A stretch of 64,000 nt of DNA from an uncultured Gemmatimonadales bacterium. GTDB lineage: Bacteria; Gemmatimonadota; Gemmatimonadetes; Gemmatimonadales; GWC2-71-9. Numbering within the stretch: position 1 is the first letter of the stretch; each line of letters starts with the position of its first letter. The notes beneath the pieces were generated by a model that saw only the letters and a list, made by a program, of their open reading frames with translations, was not told the origin of the DNA and did no database searches. Shown one piece after another: positions 50,003 to 60,355 of this stretch. Where the stretch lies: the NCBI GenBank assembly GCA_963844035.1, contig CAWJMT010000036.1, forward strand, positions 128,001-192,000, read 5' to 3'. A program made the translations under genes and the position numbers.

Positions 50003-51729
50003 GCCAGTGCCGCCACGGCCGCCGTCGCGGCCGCAATGCACGCCGGCAGCTCGGCCGGCCCGGCGCGCCGGACGCCAGCGAGCGCGCGACGCGCGGGTCC
50101 AAGATCAATGCGCTCGATCGGTGTTCCCGCGTCGAGCGCCCGGAGCCCTGCTCTGATAGAGCCCGTGCGCCAGGGCTGCGAGCTGGTAGGTCTTGTCGAG
50201 CGGGGAATGAGCGTCGTTGGGGTCGTAGGCGCTCTGGCCCAGCACCGTCTCGCGGACGACGCGCGCGGCGTCGAGCAGCAGCCGGTCGCGATCCTGGAGC
50301 GCCTCCGGTCCCACCAGGCCGGCGATTTCGCGCAGCTCCCGTTCCCGTTGCATCAGCTCGAGCGTCCCCCGCCGGATCTCCGGCCAATCGGCGCCCGCCG
50401 CGCTGGCGAACCACGGGGCCAGCGCGTCGGCGTGCAGGCTGTAGCTCGTCTCCCAGTCCACGGCGGGAAACTGGCGTTGATGCGCGAGCGCGGGATCGAG
50501 CGCCCAGAGGGCGCCCGCGACGCGCAGCGACGCCTGCGTGACGGGCTCGGAGAAATCGCCCCCGGGCGGTGAGATCGCGCTGATGAGGGTTACGGCGCCG
50601 GTACGCGCCGGTTGTCCCAGCGCTTCCACCCGACCGGCGCGCTCATAGAACTTTCCCAGTCGGTTGCCGAGATACGTGGGATAGCCCTCCTCGCCCGGCA
50701 TCTCCTGGAGCCGGGCACCGATCTCGCGCAGCGCCTCCGCCCAGCGTGACAGGCTGTCCGCCAGCACCGCCACCCGGTAGCCCATGTCGCGGTAGTACTC
50801 GGCGATCGTGATCCCCAGGTACACCGACGCCTCGCGCGCCGCCACGGGCATGTTGGACGTGTTCGCGATCAGCACCGTACGGTCCATGATCGACCGGCCC
50901 GTGCGAGGATCGAGGAGCTTGGGAAACTCCTCGAGCACTTCGGCCATCTCGTTGCCGCGCTCGCCGCACCCGATGTAGACCACCACGTCCGCGGCCCCGT
51001 ACTTGGCGAGCGATTGCTCGATGACCGTCTTGCCGGTCCCGAACCCGCCCGGCACGGCAACGCTGCCGCCCTCGGCCACCGGGAACAGAAAGTCGAACAC
51101 GCGTTGACCGGTGATGAACGGCTCGCGCGAGGGCAGCCGCCGCGCGGACGGGCGCGGCTGGCGCACCGGCCAGTGGTGCCCGAGTGCGAGCGTCGTCCCG
51201 CTTTCGAGCCGGCCCACCTCGTCGGCGACGCTGAATTCGCCCGCGTGAAGCTCGGCGACGGTGCCCTCGACACCCGGGGGCACGAGGATGCGGTGCAGCA
51301 ACCCCGGTCGTTCCTCAACGGTGCCCAGCACGTCGCCGCCCGCGACGTGAGCGCCGGGCTGCACCAGGGGAGCGAATGTCCACCGTCGTGCCGCGTCGAG
51401 CGTGGCCGCTGCGACCCCCGGCTGAATGAAGTCGCCGCCGGTCTCCGCGACACGGCCGAGAGGCCGTCCCACGCCGTCCAGCACGCTGCCGAGCAATCCG
51501 GGACCGAGATGCACGGTCAGGGGCCGGCCACTCGCCGCGACCGGCTCGCCCACCTGGAGGCCGGTCGTGTCTTCGTAGACCTGCACGGTGGCGAGGTCGC
51601 CCGCCACGCGCACCACCTCGCCGAGCAGCCCGCGTGACCCGACGCGCACCAGCTCGTACAGGGCTGCGTTGCGGAGCGGCGCGACCTCGGCGAGCGAGCC
51701 GCTGATCCGGACGATGCGGGGTCGCTCAC
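49999..51729 (-). CDS. ntpA: V/A-type ATP synthase subunit A (frameshifts near both ends)
   Basis: PGGFGTGKT, GCGERGNEM, NTSNMPVAAREAS, SPPGGDFSEPVT. Confidence 0.95.
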
Positions 51730-52056
51730 CTGAGCCTCACGCGGTAGCCGATCACCTGGCGCAGCAGCTCGACGATGTAGGCTTCGGCGGCGGCGGGGCG
51801 CTCGACCCAGGCGGGACCGGGGAAGGGGATGAGCAGCGGCAGCGACCGGCGTCCCACCTGGCGGCGCAGGTCCTCCGGGAGCGCGTCGTAGAAGAGGTCT
51901 TCCACGAGCGCGACCCCGACGTCGGGTTGTGCCAGGAGCTCCTGCACCGCCGCGATGCCCGGCTGCGGGCGCCGCTGCTTCGATGGGCTGGAGGCCCGCG
52001 AGCGCGAAGCCCGCGGCGACTTCCGGCCGGCACACGACACGGAGCGCGTAGTCCAT
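51726..52056 (-). CDS. V/A-type ATP synthase subunit F, one frameshift
   Basis: GFALAG N-terminal motif; C-terminal LLRQVIGY; operon position. Confidence 0.85.
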
Positions 52057-53070
52057 CAGACGGTCACCAGGTCCCGTCCGCAGGATCGCCCGCGGCGTGC
52101 GGAGCGCGACCCCCCAGATGATGCGCTGCACATCCAGCATTTCGGCGCGCAGCCGGAGCGCGTAGGTGAGCAGCGGGGCGGGCCCGAGCGGGTCGATCCG
52201 TCCGGTGCGAACGAGTGCGCGGATGCGGGCCCGCAGCAGGGCGGTCTCGAGCCCGGCGGAATCGCCGCTCGCCCGGGCGAACACCGGTCCGAAGGGCGTG
52301 TTCACGAGCGCCGCGGCAATGCGACGGCCCGCTCCCGTGGTCGAGCCTGCCGCACACGCTGCTTCGAACGCCGATTGCGACAAGGTGGCGTCCACCTTGA
52401 AGGAAGGCTTCCCCGGGGCTGATGTCTCTCCCCTCGCTCGCGAGCACCAGCGCCGTGTACCGCGTTCTCGAGATCGATCGCGTCGCGAACGTAGTCAGCC
52501 AGGAGGCCGGTGCCGCGTGCGGCGCGGCTCGCGCGGGCCGCGAACGTGCGGTTGACGAGCAACTCCAGGGTGAACAGGTCGGGCTGCGCGGCCGAGGCAG
52601 CGGCGAGCAGCACCGACCCGTACGGGTTGCGCCATGCGGTGAGCAGCGCCGCGACGGCCGCCGGTGTGGCCTGGTTCGCGAGCTCGCGCAGGGCACGCTC
52701 CGGCAGTGTGGGCGTCGGTACGAGGCCGGCCAACCGAGCCTCGGCGGGGGCGTGCTGCAGGCTGCCGCGCAGCAGCGCGCGCAGGCTGCGCCGGTCCTCA
52801 TCTTCGAACAGCACGGCCAGGATTGCGACGCGCGGGCCGCACCAGCGGGCGAGCAGTCGGAGCCGGTCCGCGGCCGCGCGGCGGAGCGCGAGCTCCAGCG
52901 CGGCGGGCGAGGCGGTGCCTTCTTCCAAGGGGTAGCCGTAGATGCCGCAGCGCCTCCCCGAGCGCCGCGGCGTCCGGGACCTGCGCCAGCATCGCCAGCT
53001 GCGGGCCACTCAGGAGGTGGGTGGCGAGACCACGCGCGCGGGCGTTCAGGTCTTCCCAGCGCACGGTCAT
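52056..53070 (-). CDS. V/A-type ATP synthase subunit C (d), several frameshifts
   Basis: LNARARGL...LL N-terminus, IDLEN, DPLGPAPLL.Y; operon position. Confidence 0.8.
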
Positions 53071-53652
53071 GGTGTCGTGCCCAGTCGTCCGAGGACCTCG
53101 AGCGCGAGGTGCGGACGCAGCCGATCGAGCCGCGCCTCGAGCGTGTTGTCGGCCTCGACGGCGCCGTCGCTGGTGGCGACGATCACGCCGGCGCCGCCCC
53201 CGCCTCGCCCCGCACCGATACGTTCTGACGCGTCTGCGACCGCGGCCTGCACAGCGGGGACGAGGAGCACCGGGCAACGGATCAGGGCAGGCTCATCGCC
53301 GATGGCGCGCAGCCCCTGGTCCACGTGGTGGGGGAGCGCCGCGCGGTATGCATCGCTCGCGAGCGCCTCGGGGAGCCGGGCGCGCGCGGCGGCGAATACG
53401 CGCTCGAGCAGCCGCTCTCGGGCTTCGAGCACCGTCGCTGCGGCTCACCCGCCGTGCGTCGCCGAGCGCGGCCGCAGCGGCTCCCCGCAACTCCGTTTCG
53501 CGGGGTCCGAGTGCGTCACTCCGGCGCCGCGCCAGGCGCGCGTCGGTGTCGCGGGCGATTTCGGCGGCTTCGGCGCGCGCTGTGGCGAGCAGCGCCTCGG
53601 CCTGCGCCGTCGCTTCGCGCTCCAGTGCGGTGAGCAGATGCTCGAGGGGCAT
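53067..53652 (-). CDS. V/A-type ATP synthase subunit E, one frameshift
   Basis: Coiled-coil N-terminus, GVIVATSDG...DNTLEARL. Confidence 0.85.
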
Positions 53653-53663
53653 GGCTAGGGAGG

Positions 53664-53752
53664 CGCGAGTGAACTCGCGGCTCGGCACCTGCCCGTAAAC
53701 GGGCACGGCATGGCCGCTTCAGCGGCAGGGCCGAGCCGCGGCTTCAGCCGCG
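53664..53752. repeat. Cluster of four short hairpins (REP/BIME-like) between ATPase subunits K and E
   Basis: CGCGAG-TGAA-CTCGCG, TGCCCG-TAAA-CGGGCA, GCCGC-TTCA-GCGGC, CGCGGC-TTCA-GCCGCG; outer pair GCTCGGC/GCCGAGC. Confidence 0.7.
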
Positions 53753-53770
53753 ACATTCGGGTCGACCAGT

Positions 53771-53992
53771 TCACGCCGTCTTCCCGAGCAGGATGAGCAC
53801 GGCGACCACGAACCCGAGAATGACCATCGTCTCAGGGATCGCAATCATCAGGATCGCCGTGGTGGAAAGCTCGGGCTTCTCGGCCATGCTCGCCGCGATG
53901 GCCGGTCCGATGCGGGACTGCGCCCACGCGGTTGCGAGCGCGGGGATCGCCACGGCGAGGGCCGCAGCCAGTACGGTAAACAGGACGTTCAT
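53771..53992 (-). CDS. ntpK: V/A-type ATP synthase subunit K (c-ring proteolipid, single hairpin, 73 aa)
   Basis: ATAWAQSRIG...AEKPE...IPETMVILG; own RBS (AGGAG) upstream. Confidence 0.92.
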   Translation of the reverse strand: MNVLFTVLAAALAVAIPALATAWAQSRIGPAIAASMAEKPELSTTAILMIAIPETMVILGFVVAVLILLGKTA

Positions 53993-54018
53993 ATAGACGC
54001 TCCTATCGAGGGCCGGTG

Positions 54019-55909
54019 CTACCGAACGTCGTGGGTCCAGCGCCCGAACGGCTCGTATCGAACGCCGCCCGGACTGTAGAACTTCCCGAAAAACTCCACG
54101 TAGTGCAGACGCAGCGCGTGAATCGTCGGGCTGAACAGCGCGATCGCGAAGTTGACGAAGTGAAACAGCAGGGCGAACACGATCGCCGACCGCGACGCTG
54201 CCGACCGACCCGACCATGCGATTCGCGACCACCGCGAGCATGACCGACGCGACGCCCAACGCCATGATACGGGCATAGCTCAGGATGTTGCCGATCGAGG
54301 TGAGCAGCTCGATCGGCGCGACCAGGCCCTCGAGCACGATCAGCACCGGGAAGGCCACGAGCAGGCCAATCGATGCCGGCGTGAAGAACGCCCGGGGGAG
54401 AACATCTACTGCGGCGAGCAGGGCCAGGATGATCAGCACGAGCATCAGCGCGGACAGCCCGCTGCCCAGCGCCGCGCGGGGGTGCCGCCGCAGGTTGCTC
54501 GCGACGCTCAGACCGAAGCCCAGCAGGATATGCACCGCCCCGATCGCGACGGCGAGCAGGAGGAAGGGGATCAGCGCTTCCTCGCGGTTGAATGCGATCG
54601 GCTGCATGCCGAACCAGCGATGTCCCAGGTCGCCGAAGAATTCCCCGAACAGAAAGCCCGCAATGATCGCAAAGAGCGCACAGGGTCCGATGATCTCGGA
54701 GACATTGCGCAGGAGCGACCCCGGCTTGGATCGGGCGTGCAGCAGGAGCCCGAGCACAGCGAGCACGAGCCCGTATCCCACGTCGCCCATCATCAGGCCG
54801 AAAAAGGCCGGAAAGAACACGGCGACGAAGGGAGTGGGGTCGATCGTGCCGTACCGCGGCAGCGGCATGATGCGGATCAGCGCCTCGAATGGGCGGAGCA
54901 GGCGCGGGTTTGCGAGCACCACGGGGGCGTCCTGCGATTCCCATTCTTCGCTCGACAACGCGCTCACGACGACATCGTCGCCGAACCCGGTGTGGATAGC
55001 CGTCTCCAGGTCCTTGCGGGCGCGCGCCGGTACGAACCCCTCGAGCACGAATGCGCGCGCCGTCACCCCGGAGAGCGGCAGGACGCCGAGCTCCTGTAGC
55101 CGGTCGTGCAGGCCGGCCCGCGCGCGCCGCAGCTCGCCGCCAAGCTCCCGGGCGAGGCCCTCGCGCTCGCGCCGCACCTTCTCCTGTTCCTGCGGGATCT
55201 CCCCCAGGCGGGCGAGCATCCGGGGAATCGCGTCCGTCAGAGACGCGCCGCCATAGGCCGCAGGAATGGGGATTTCTTCAACCCGCGCTTCGGCCATGAG
55301 GCGCTCCACACTGCCTGCCGCCCGCGCCGACACCACGACCAACAGCGCGGTCTCACCGGTCGGAAGCGGCTGCGTATAGAGCTGATACTCGTCCCCGATC
55401 ACCGCCGTCAGACTTGTCCGCAGTTTGCGCAGCGACTCCGTGTCGCCGTGTTTCAAGAGCACGTGGTACGCGGTGGCGTTCGGCCACCGCGCCTCGCTCT
55501 CGAGCGACGCTCTGAACGCGGAGAAGAAGTGCTGATACTTGAGGATGAGGGCGCGCTCCTCCTCGAGCGCGGTGGCTTGCGTCTTGAGCCGCTCGGCGGC
55601 GCGGCGCGCCCGCCACGCGAGCCGGGCCCAGCGCGCGAAGTCGGTCGTCGTCGGGGCGGACCCGCGGGGTGCGGCCCCCGACCCAGCCGGGAGGCCCAGC
55701 TCCGCCATCGCGTGCTCGACGTCCTCGATCGCCGCGATCAGATGGCGGCGCTCGCGTTGCTGCTCCGCCGAGAGTTGCAGGGCGGTGAGCGGCTGCCCGG
55801 CGGTGGGCGCCGCCAGGTGGAGAATGCCGAGGTCTTGCAGGGCGCGCAGTACGGCGGGCAGGCGCTCGCGGGGGCCGAGTATCCGCACCTTCGACATTTT
55901 GATGATCAC
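54019..55909 (-). CDS. ntpI: V/A-type ATP synthase subunit I, frameshift near 54185
   Basis: IDPT, FFGLMMGDVGYG, GNILSYARIMALG; LRLHYVEFFGKFY is in the alternative frame. Confidence 0.92.
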
Positions 55910-56274
55910 GCCCCAACTCCGATCGCGCGCTCCACGACGTAGCGTGCCAGGGCGTCGATCTGTTCGGGGCCGGTCTGGTCAAAACGCAACGCGTCGCGCC
56001 GCGCCGCCTCCATGACCTCCTGCTCCTGTCGTTGCCGCTCGGCCTCGATCGTTGCCTCGAGTTCGCGACAGATCGCGTCGATACTGGCTACCAGGGCGGC
56101 CTCGCGTGCCGCCGCAGCCTCCTGCGCGGTGGTGATCAGTCCCGCTGCTTGCGCCCGCGCGCGGCACAGCATCTCCTCGAGCCGGGCCTCGGCATCGAGC
56201 AGTCGCGACAAGTCCGCAGCCCCCTCAGAGGGAGCGGACGGGCTCGACTGCTTGCTCTGCGAACGACGGATCAC
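55906..56274 (-). CDS. Probable V/A-type ATP synthase subunit G/H (peripheral stalk)
   Basis: Short Ala/Glu-rich coiled coil; first gene of the operon, overlapping the subunit I start. Confidence 0.7.
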   Translation of the reverse strand: MIRRSQSKQSSPSAPSEGAADLSRLLDAEARLEEMLCRARAQAAGLITTAQEAAAAREAALVASIDAICRELEATIEAERQRQEQEVMEAARRDALRFDQTGPEQIDALARYVVERAIGVGA

Positions 56275-56368
56275 CAGAATGTGCTCCGGTGCGGTGTGTG
56301 ACTACAGTCTCGCTGGAAGCGAGTCGGGCAAGAGTGAAGAAGACAGAAAGATTCCTTCATGCGGGTAC

Positions 56369-57259
56369 ATGACCGTATCGCGGCGTGACGTCTGGGTACG
56401 GATGCTCCTGTACCCGCGCCATACGCTGCCGACGGCGGCGGCGCCGGTGCTCGTCGCCCTGGGGCTCGCGCGGCGTGACGGCATGACGGCGTGGTGTCCC
56501 GCGCTGGCGGCGTTCGTCGCGGGGTGGCTGGTGCAGCTCGGCGGCGTCATCGCCGACAACTACTTCAACCTCACCCGCCATCCCGAAGATCGCGAGCATG
56601 CGCTCTTCGTGCAGGCGCTCAATGCGGGTGTGGTGAGCCTGTTGGAGCTCCGGCGTGCAATCTGGGCCTGCTACGCCGGGGCGGCGGTGGTGGGCCTTTA
56701 CCTCATCTCCGTAGGTGGCCTGCCGGTGCTCGTTGTGGGGCTCGCGAGCATCGTCGCGAGCCTGGCCTACTCGGCCGGCCCCCGCCCGCTCGGCGACAAC
56801 GGCCTGGGGGATCCGCTGTTCTTCTTGTTCTTCGGCATCGTGTCCGTGACGGCCACCTACTACGTGCAGGCGGGCGCCGTAACGCACCTCGCGCTCGTCG
56901 CGAGCCTGCCGGTCGGGGCCCTGACCACGAACATCCTCGTCATCGACAACATCCGCGATCTGGAGCACGACCGCGCGAAGAACGAGCGCACCCTTGCCGT
57001 GCTCATCGGGCCGCGCTGGAGTCGGGCGGAGTATCTCGTGCTGCTTGCGATCGGGTACGCGATCCCGCTCTGGATGTGGCTCGATTGGGGGGTGGGGCGC
57101 CTCGTGTTGCTTCCGCTGTTGTCGATCCCGTATGCGGTGGTGGTCGCGCGGCGGGTGCTGCGCGCGCGGACCCACGACGAGATGATTCCCCTGACCCCGC
57201 AGGCGGGACAGGTCCTGCTCGCGTACTGCGTTCTATTCGGGGTCGGCCTCGCCGCCTGA
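56369..57259 (+). CDS. menA: 1,4-dihydroxy-2-naphthoate polyprenyltransferase (MenA-like)
   Basis: HTLPTAAAPV, YSAGPRPL...GLGD..FFLFFG, NIRDLEHD...RTLAV.IG. Confidence 0.82.
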   Translation: MTVSRRDVWVRMLLYPRHTLPTAAAPVLVALGLARRDGMTAWCPALAAFVAGWLVQLGGVIADNYFNLTRHPEDREHALFVQALNAGVVSLLELRRAIWACYAGAAVVGLYLISVGGLPVLVVGLASIVASLAYSAGPRPLGDNGLGDPLFFLFFGIVSVTATYYVQAGAVTHLALVASLPVGALTTNILVIDNIRDLEHDRAKNERTLAVLIGPRWSRAEYLVLLAIGYAIPLWMWLDWGVGRLVLLPLLSIPYAVVVARRVLRARTHDEMIPLTPQAGQVLLAYCVLFGVGLAA

Positions 57260-57266
57260 CCGGGCC

Positions 57267-58352
57267 TTACGCGCCGTCACGGCGGGGGTAGTCCGTGTAA
57301 CCCCGCGCGTCCCCACCATAGAACGTGCTCGGATCGGGCTGGGTAAGGGGGGCGCCCGCGGCGAATCGCTCGGGGAGATCGGGGTTGGCGATGAACGGCC
57401 GCCCGAACGCGACGAGGTCCGCGGCGCCGCTCGCGACCGCGCCGTCGGCTGACTCCTTCTTGTAGCCACCGTTCGCGATCAGCGGGCCCCGGAATCGAGC
57501 ACGGAGTAACGGCGTGATCGGGGGTGCGGGGACCGCTGGTTCGAGCGGCTCGAACACGTGGAGGTACCCAAGGCCGAAGCCGTTGAGCGCGGCGGCCGCG
57601 TGTCCGAAGGTGGCCGCGGGGTCGCTGTCTGCCATGTCGTGCAAGGGACTGGCGGGCGAGAGCTGAATCCCCACGCGTCCTTCCCCCCATGCCTCACACA
57701 CCGCCTGCGTCACCTCGAGCAAGAATCGCACGCGGTGCTCGACCGGTCCGCCGTATGCGTCCGTGCGGCGATTCGATCCGTCACGCAGGAACTGGTCGAT
57801 CACGTATCCCTGCGCTGCGTGCAGCTCGACGCCGTCGAAGGCGGCGTCGTGGGCGAGGCGCGCGGCGCGCGCGAACTCCCCCACGATGTCTCTGATCTCA
57901 CCGAGATCGAGCGCGTGCGGCACGACGAAGGGTTGACGACCCAGCGGGGTTGCGATTGTGCCGGCCGGCGCGATGGCGGACGGGCCGGCCGGCGAAACGC
58001 CATCGGGAAGCACCGCCGGGTGCGTCGCCCGGCCGGCGTGCCAGAGCTGCAGGAATATCCGACCGCCGCGGTCGTGCACTGCGTCGGTGACCTGCCGCCA
58101 CGCGCGGGCATGGGCGTCGCTGTAAATCCCCGGGGCTCCCTCGGATCCGATGCCACGAGGCGAGATCCACGTGGCCTCCGTAATGATCACCCCCGCCGAG
58201 GCGCGTTGCGCGTAGTACTTCGCCATGAGGGGCGTGGCGAGACCGCCCGCCGCGGCGCGGCGGCGGCTCATTGGTGCCATGACGACGCGGTTGGGCAACT
58301 CGAGGGGCCCGAGCTGGACGGGGGAGAGGACGCCAGGAGGGGACGGGGTCAT
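57267..58352 (-). CDS. Old yellow enzyme / alkene reductase (NemA-like)
   Basis: NRVVMAPM, YYAQRASAG, QLWHAGR, DQFLRDGSNRRTDAYGG, FGRPFIANPDLPERF. Confidence 0.93.
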   Translation of the reverse strand: MTPSPPGVLSPVQLGPLELPNRVVMAPMSRRRAAAGGLATPLMAKYYAQRASAGVIITEATWISPRGIGSEGAPGIYSDAHARAWRQVTDAVHDRGGRIFLQLWHAGRATHPAVLPDGVSPAGPSAIAPAGTIATPLGRQPFVVPHALDLGEIRDIVGEFARAARLAHDAAFDGVELHAAQGYVIDQFLRDGSNRRTDAYGGPVEHRVRFLLEVTQAVCEAWGEGRVGIQLSPASPLHDMADSDPAATFGHAAAALNGFGLGYLHVFEPLEPAVPAPPITPLLRARFRGPLIANGGYKKESADGAVASGAADLVAFGRPFIANPDLPERFAAGAPLTQPDPSTFYGGDARGYTDYPRRDGA

Positions 58353-58475
58353 GGACGGCAAGATGCACGATATCGCGATTGTCCGTCACCCTGAGGCACC
58401 CCTCATACCACCTTTAGGCCACGTTCAGCACCGCCTTCCTACATATGGACACGTCATCCAACTGCCAGGTGTCCC

Positions 58476-59648
58476 ATGCTGATCGATCGGTATCTCCCGC
58501 GCTTCGACGTAACCCAGATCTGCGAGGTGAGGGTTGACGCCCCACCCGATGTGACCTACCGCGCCATTCGCGAGGCGGACCTGAGCGATCCACTCGTCAA
58601 CGCGCTGTTCGCGATCCGTGAGTTTCCCCTCCGCATGGCGCGCCGGTGGCGCGGCGTGGCGGCCCCGCCGGCACCCGCGAAGGTGATGTTCGGAACCATG
58701 ATCACCGCGGGGCCGGGGTGGGTGCTGTTGGCCGAGGAGCCCGGTGTTGAATTCGTGGTCGGATCGGTTGGCCGGTTCTGGCGGCGGGACTACGGTGGCC
58801 GGCCGTTCCAGACCGATGAGTTCGTCACGTTTCACGAGCCGGGGTACGCGAAGTTGGCGATCACCTTTTCGGTCCAGCGCGCCGCGACCGGTGGGACGAT
58901 GCTTCGCTACGAAGCGCGGACCGCTACCACAGATGCGGCGGCGCGGCGGACGTTCCAGCGGTACTGGCGCGTCATTCGTCCCGGCGTCGCGTTGGTGATG
59001 TGGCGCGCGCTGCGGAGCATCAAGCTCGAAGCGGAGCGGCGGGCGGGCAAACCGGCGCCGTCTCACGCCGGGTGGCTCGATACGGTAAACCCGGTGCGCG
59101 CGACGCCTGTCGAGCGAAACCGGTCGCTACCAGGCGATCAGCTGATTCCGGAGGCGATCGGCTCGTTCACCCACGCCATCACCGTGAAATGCGAGCGACG
59201 GGATCTGTGGCCCTGGCTGGCGCAAATGGGTGCGGGCCGCGCCGGCTGGTACAGTTACGACTTCATCGACAACGGCCACGAACCCAGCGCCATGGAGGTC
59301 CGGCCGGACCTGCAGCAGATCGGGGTCGGGACTCTCTTCCCCGGGCTGCCGGGCGTGCAGGATGGGTTCCGCGTCGTGGAGTGTGAGCGGGAGCGGGCGC
59401 TCGTCCTCGGCTGGCCGTCGCCCGACGGCTCTTACGGGTCCACATGGGCGTTCGTGCTCGAGGATGCCGGACCGGGTTGCACCCGGCTGATTGCGCGCGC
59501 TCGTGGCGCCCATGGCTATCAGTTCCACCATCTGCCGCTGTGGCTCATCAAGGCGGGGCACTACGTCATGCAACGCAAGCAGCTGCGTGGGCTCGCGTGG
59601 CGGGCCGAGCACCGCACGCCCCCCGTGCCTCTGGAGACATGCGCTTGA
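58476..59648 (+). CDS. Two-domain protein: DUF2867-like + SRPBCC-like
   Basis: N-domain ...EPGYAK...RTATTD..ARR.F.RYW; C-domain LPGD.LIP...WPWLAQMGAGRAGWYSYD...MQRKQLRG. Confidence 0.75.
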   Translation: MLIDRYLPRFDVTQICEVRVDAPPDVTYRAIREADLSDPLVNALFAIREFPLRMARRWRGVAAPPAPAKVMFGTMITAGPGWVLLAEEPGVEFVVGSVGRFWRRDYGGRPFQTDEFVTFHEPGYAKLAITFSVQRAATGGTMLRYEARTATTDAAARRTFQRYWRVIRPGVALVMWRALRSIKLEAERRAGKPAPSHAGWLDTVNPVRATPVERNRSLPGDQLIPEAIGSFTHAITVKCERRDLWPWLAQMGAGRAGWYSYDFIDNGHEPSAMEVRPDLQQIGVGTLFPGLPGVQDGFRVVECERERALVLGWPSPDGSYGSTWAFVLEDAGPGCTRLIARARGAHGYQFHHLPLWLIKAGHYVMQRKQLRGLAWRAEHRTPPVPLETCA

Positions 59649-60355
59649 CGTCGCGTCATCGGATTCGCTCAGCCGCCTCCTGGCTCGGCGTTGGGATCGC
59701 GCTCACCGCGGCGACATACGCGGCGTATGCCGCGGTCGCGTGGCTGCGGTACGGCACTCCGTCGCAGCCGGCCCGGCCGGAAGATGCGGACGCGCTGCTC
59801 GATCGGTTCATTCCTTCTTATGAGGTGGCCGAGCGCCACCACGTGCGGGTTGCCGCGCCGGGCACGATCGTCCTCGGTGCGGCGAAGGACATGGACCTGC
59901 TGCATGCGCCCCTCGCGCGGTGGATCTTCCGCGGGCGGGAGCTCGCGATGGGCAGCACACCCGACACTCAAGTGCGGCCGCGGGAGCTGCTGCCGCTGGT
60001 GCAGTCGCTCGGGTGGGGCATCCTCGCCGAAGTCCCCGGGCGGGAAGTGGTGGTAGGCGCGGTCACGCAGCCGTGGGAGGCGAACGTGGTATTTCGGTCT
60101 CTTCCCCCCAACGAGTTCGCGGCATTCAACGAGCCGGGGTGGGTGAAGATCGTGTGGACGCTACGCGCCGATCCGCTCGGGGCGGATGAGTCCGTCTTCC
60201 GTACGGAAACGCGCGTCGCCACCACCGATCGCGAGGCCCGTGCCAGGTTCCGCCGCTATTGGGCATTCGTCTCGGCCGGGATCGTTCTGATCCGGTGGAT
60301 GATGCTCGAGCCACTCAAGGCCGAGGCCGAGCGCCGGGCGGTGGCGCACCCGTGA
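59639..60355 (+). CDS. DUF2867-like protein with N-terminal TM helix; paralog of the upstream N-domain
   Basis: LLDRFIP.Y, GWGILAE.PGRE.VVG, EPGWVK, TETRVATTD..AR.RFRRYW. Confidence 0.75.
   Translation: MRLTSRHRIRSAASWLGVGIALTAATYAAYAAVAWLRYGTPSQPARPEDADALLDRFIPSYEVAERHHVRVAAPGTIVLGAAKDMDLLHAPLARWIFRGRELAMGSTPDTQVRPRELLPLVQSLGWGILAEVPGREVVVGAVTQPWEANVVFRSLPPNEFAAFNEPGWVKIVWTLRADPLGADESVFRTETRVATTDREARARFRRYWAFVSAGIVLIRWMMLEPLKAEAERRAVAHP

Noticed and set aside
53771..55909. 712-aa ORF that fuses ATPase subunit I to subunit K
   Set aside because: The conserved subunit I C-terminus (LRLHYVEFFGKFY) is in another frame ending at 54019, and K has its own RBS and ATG. This is a frameshift artefact.
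40578..55909. Programmed ribosomal frameshifting as the explanation for split genes
   Set aside because: Breaks are numerous, occur in unrelated conserved genes, and show no shared slippery sequence.
56297..56312. CRP/FNR-like half-site TGTGA-N6-TCTCG between the V-ATPase operon and menA
   Set aside because: The second half is too degenerate to support without a motif model.
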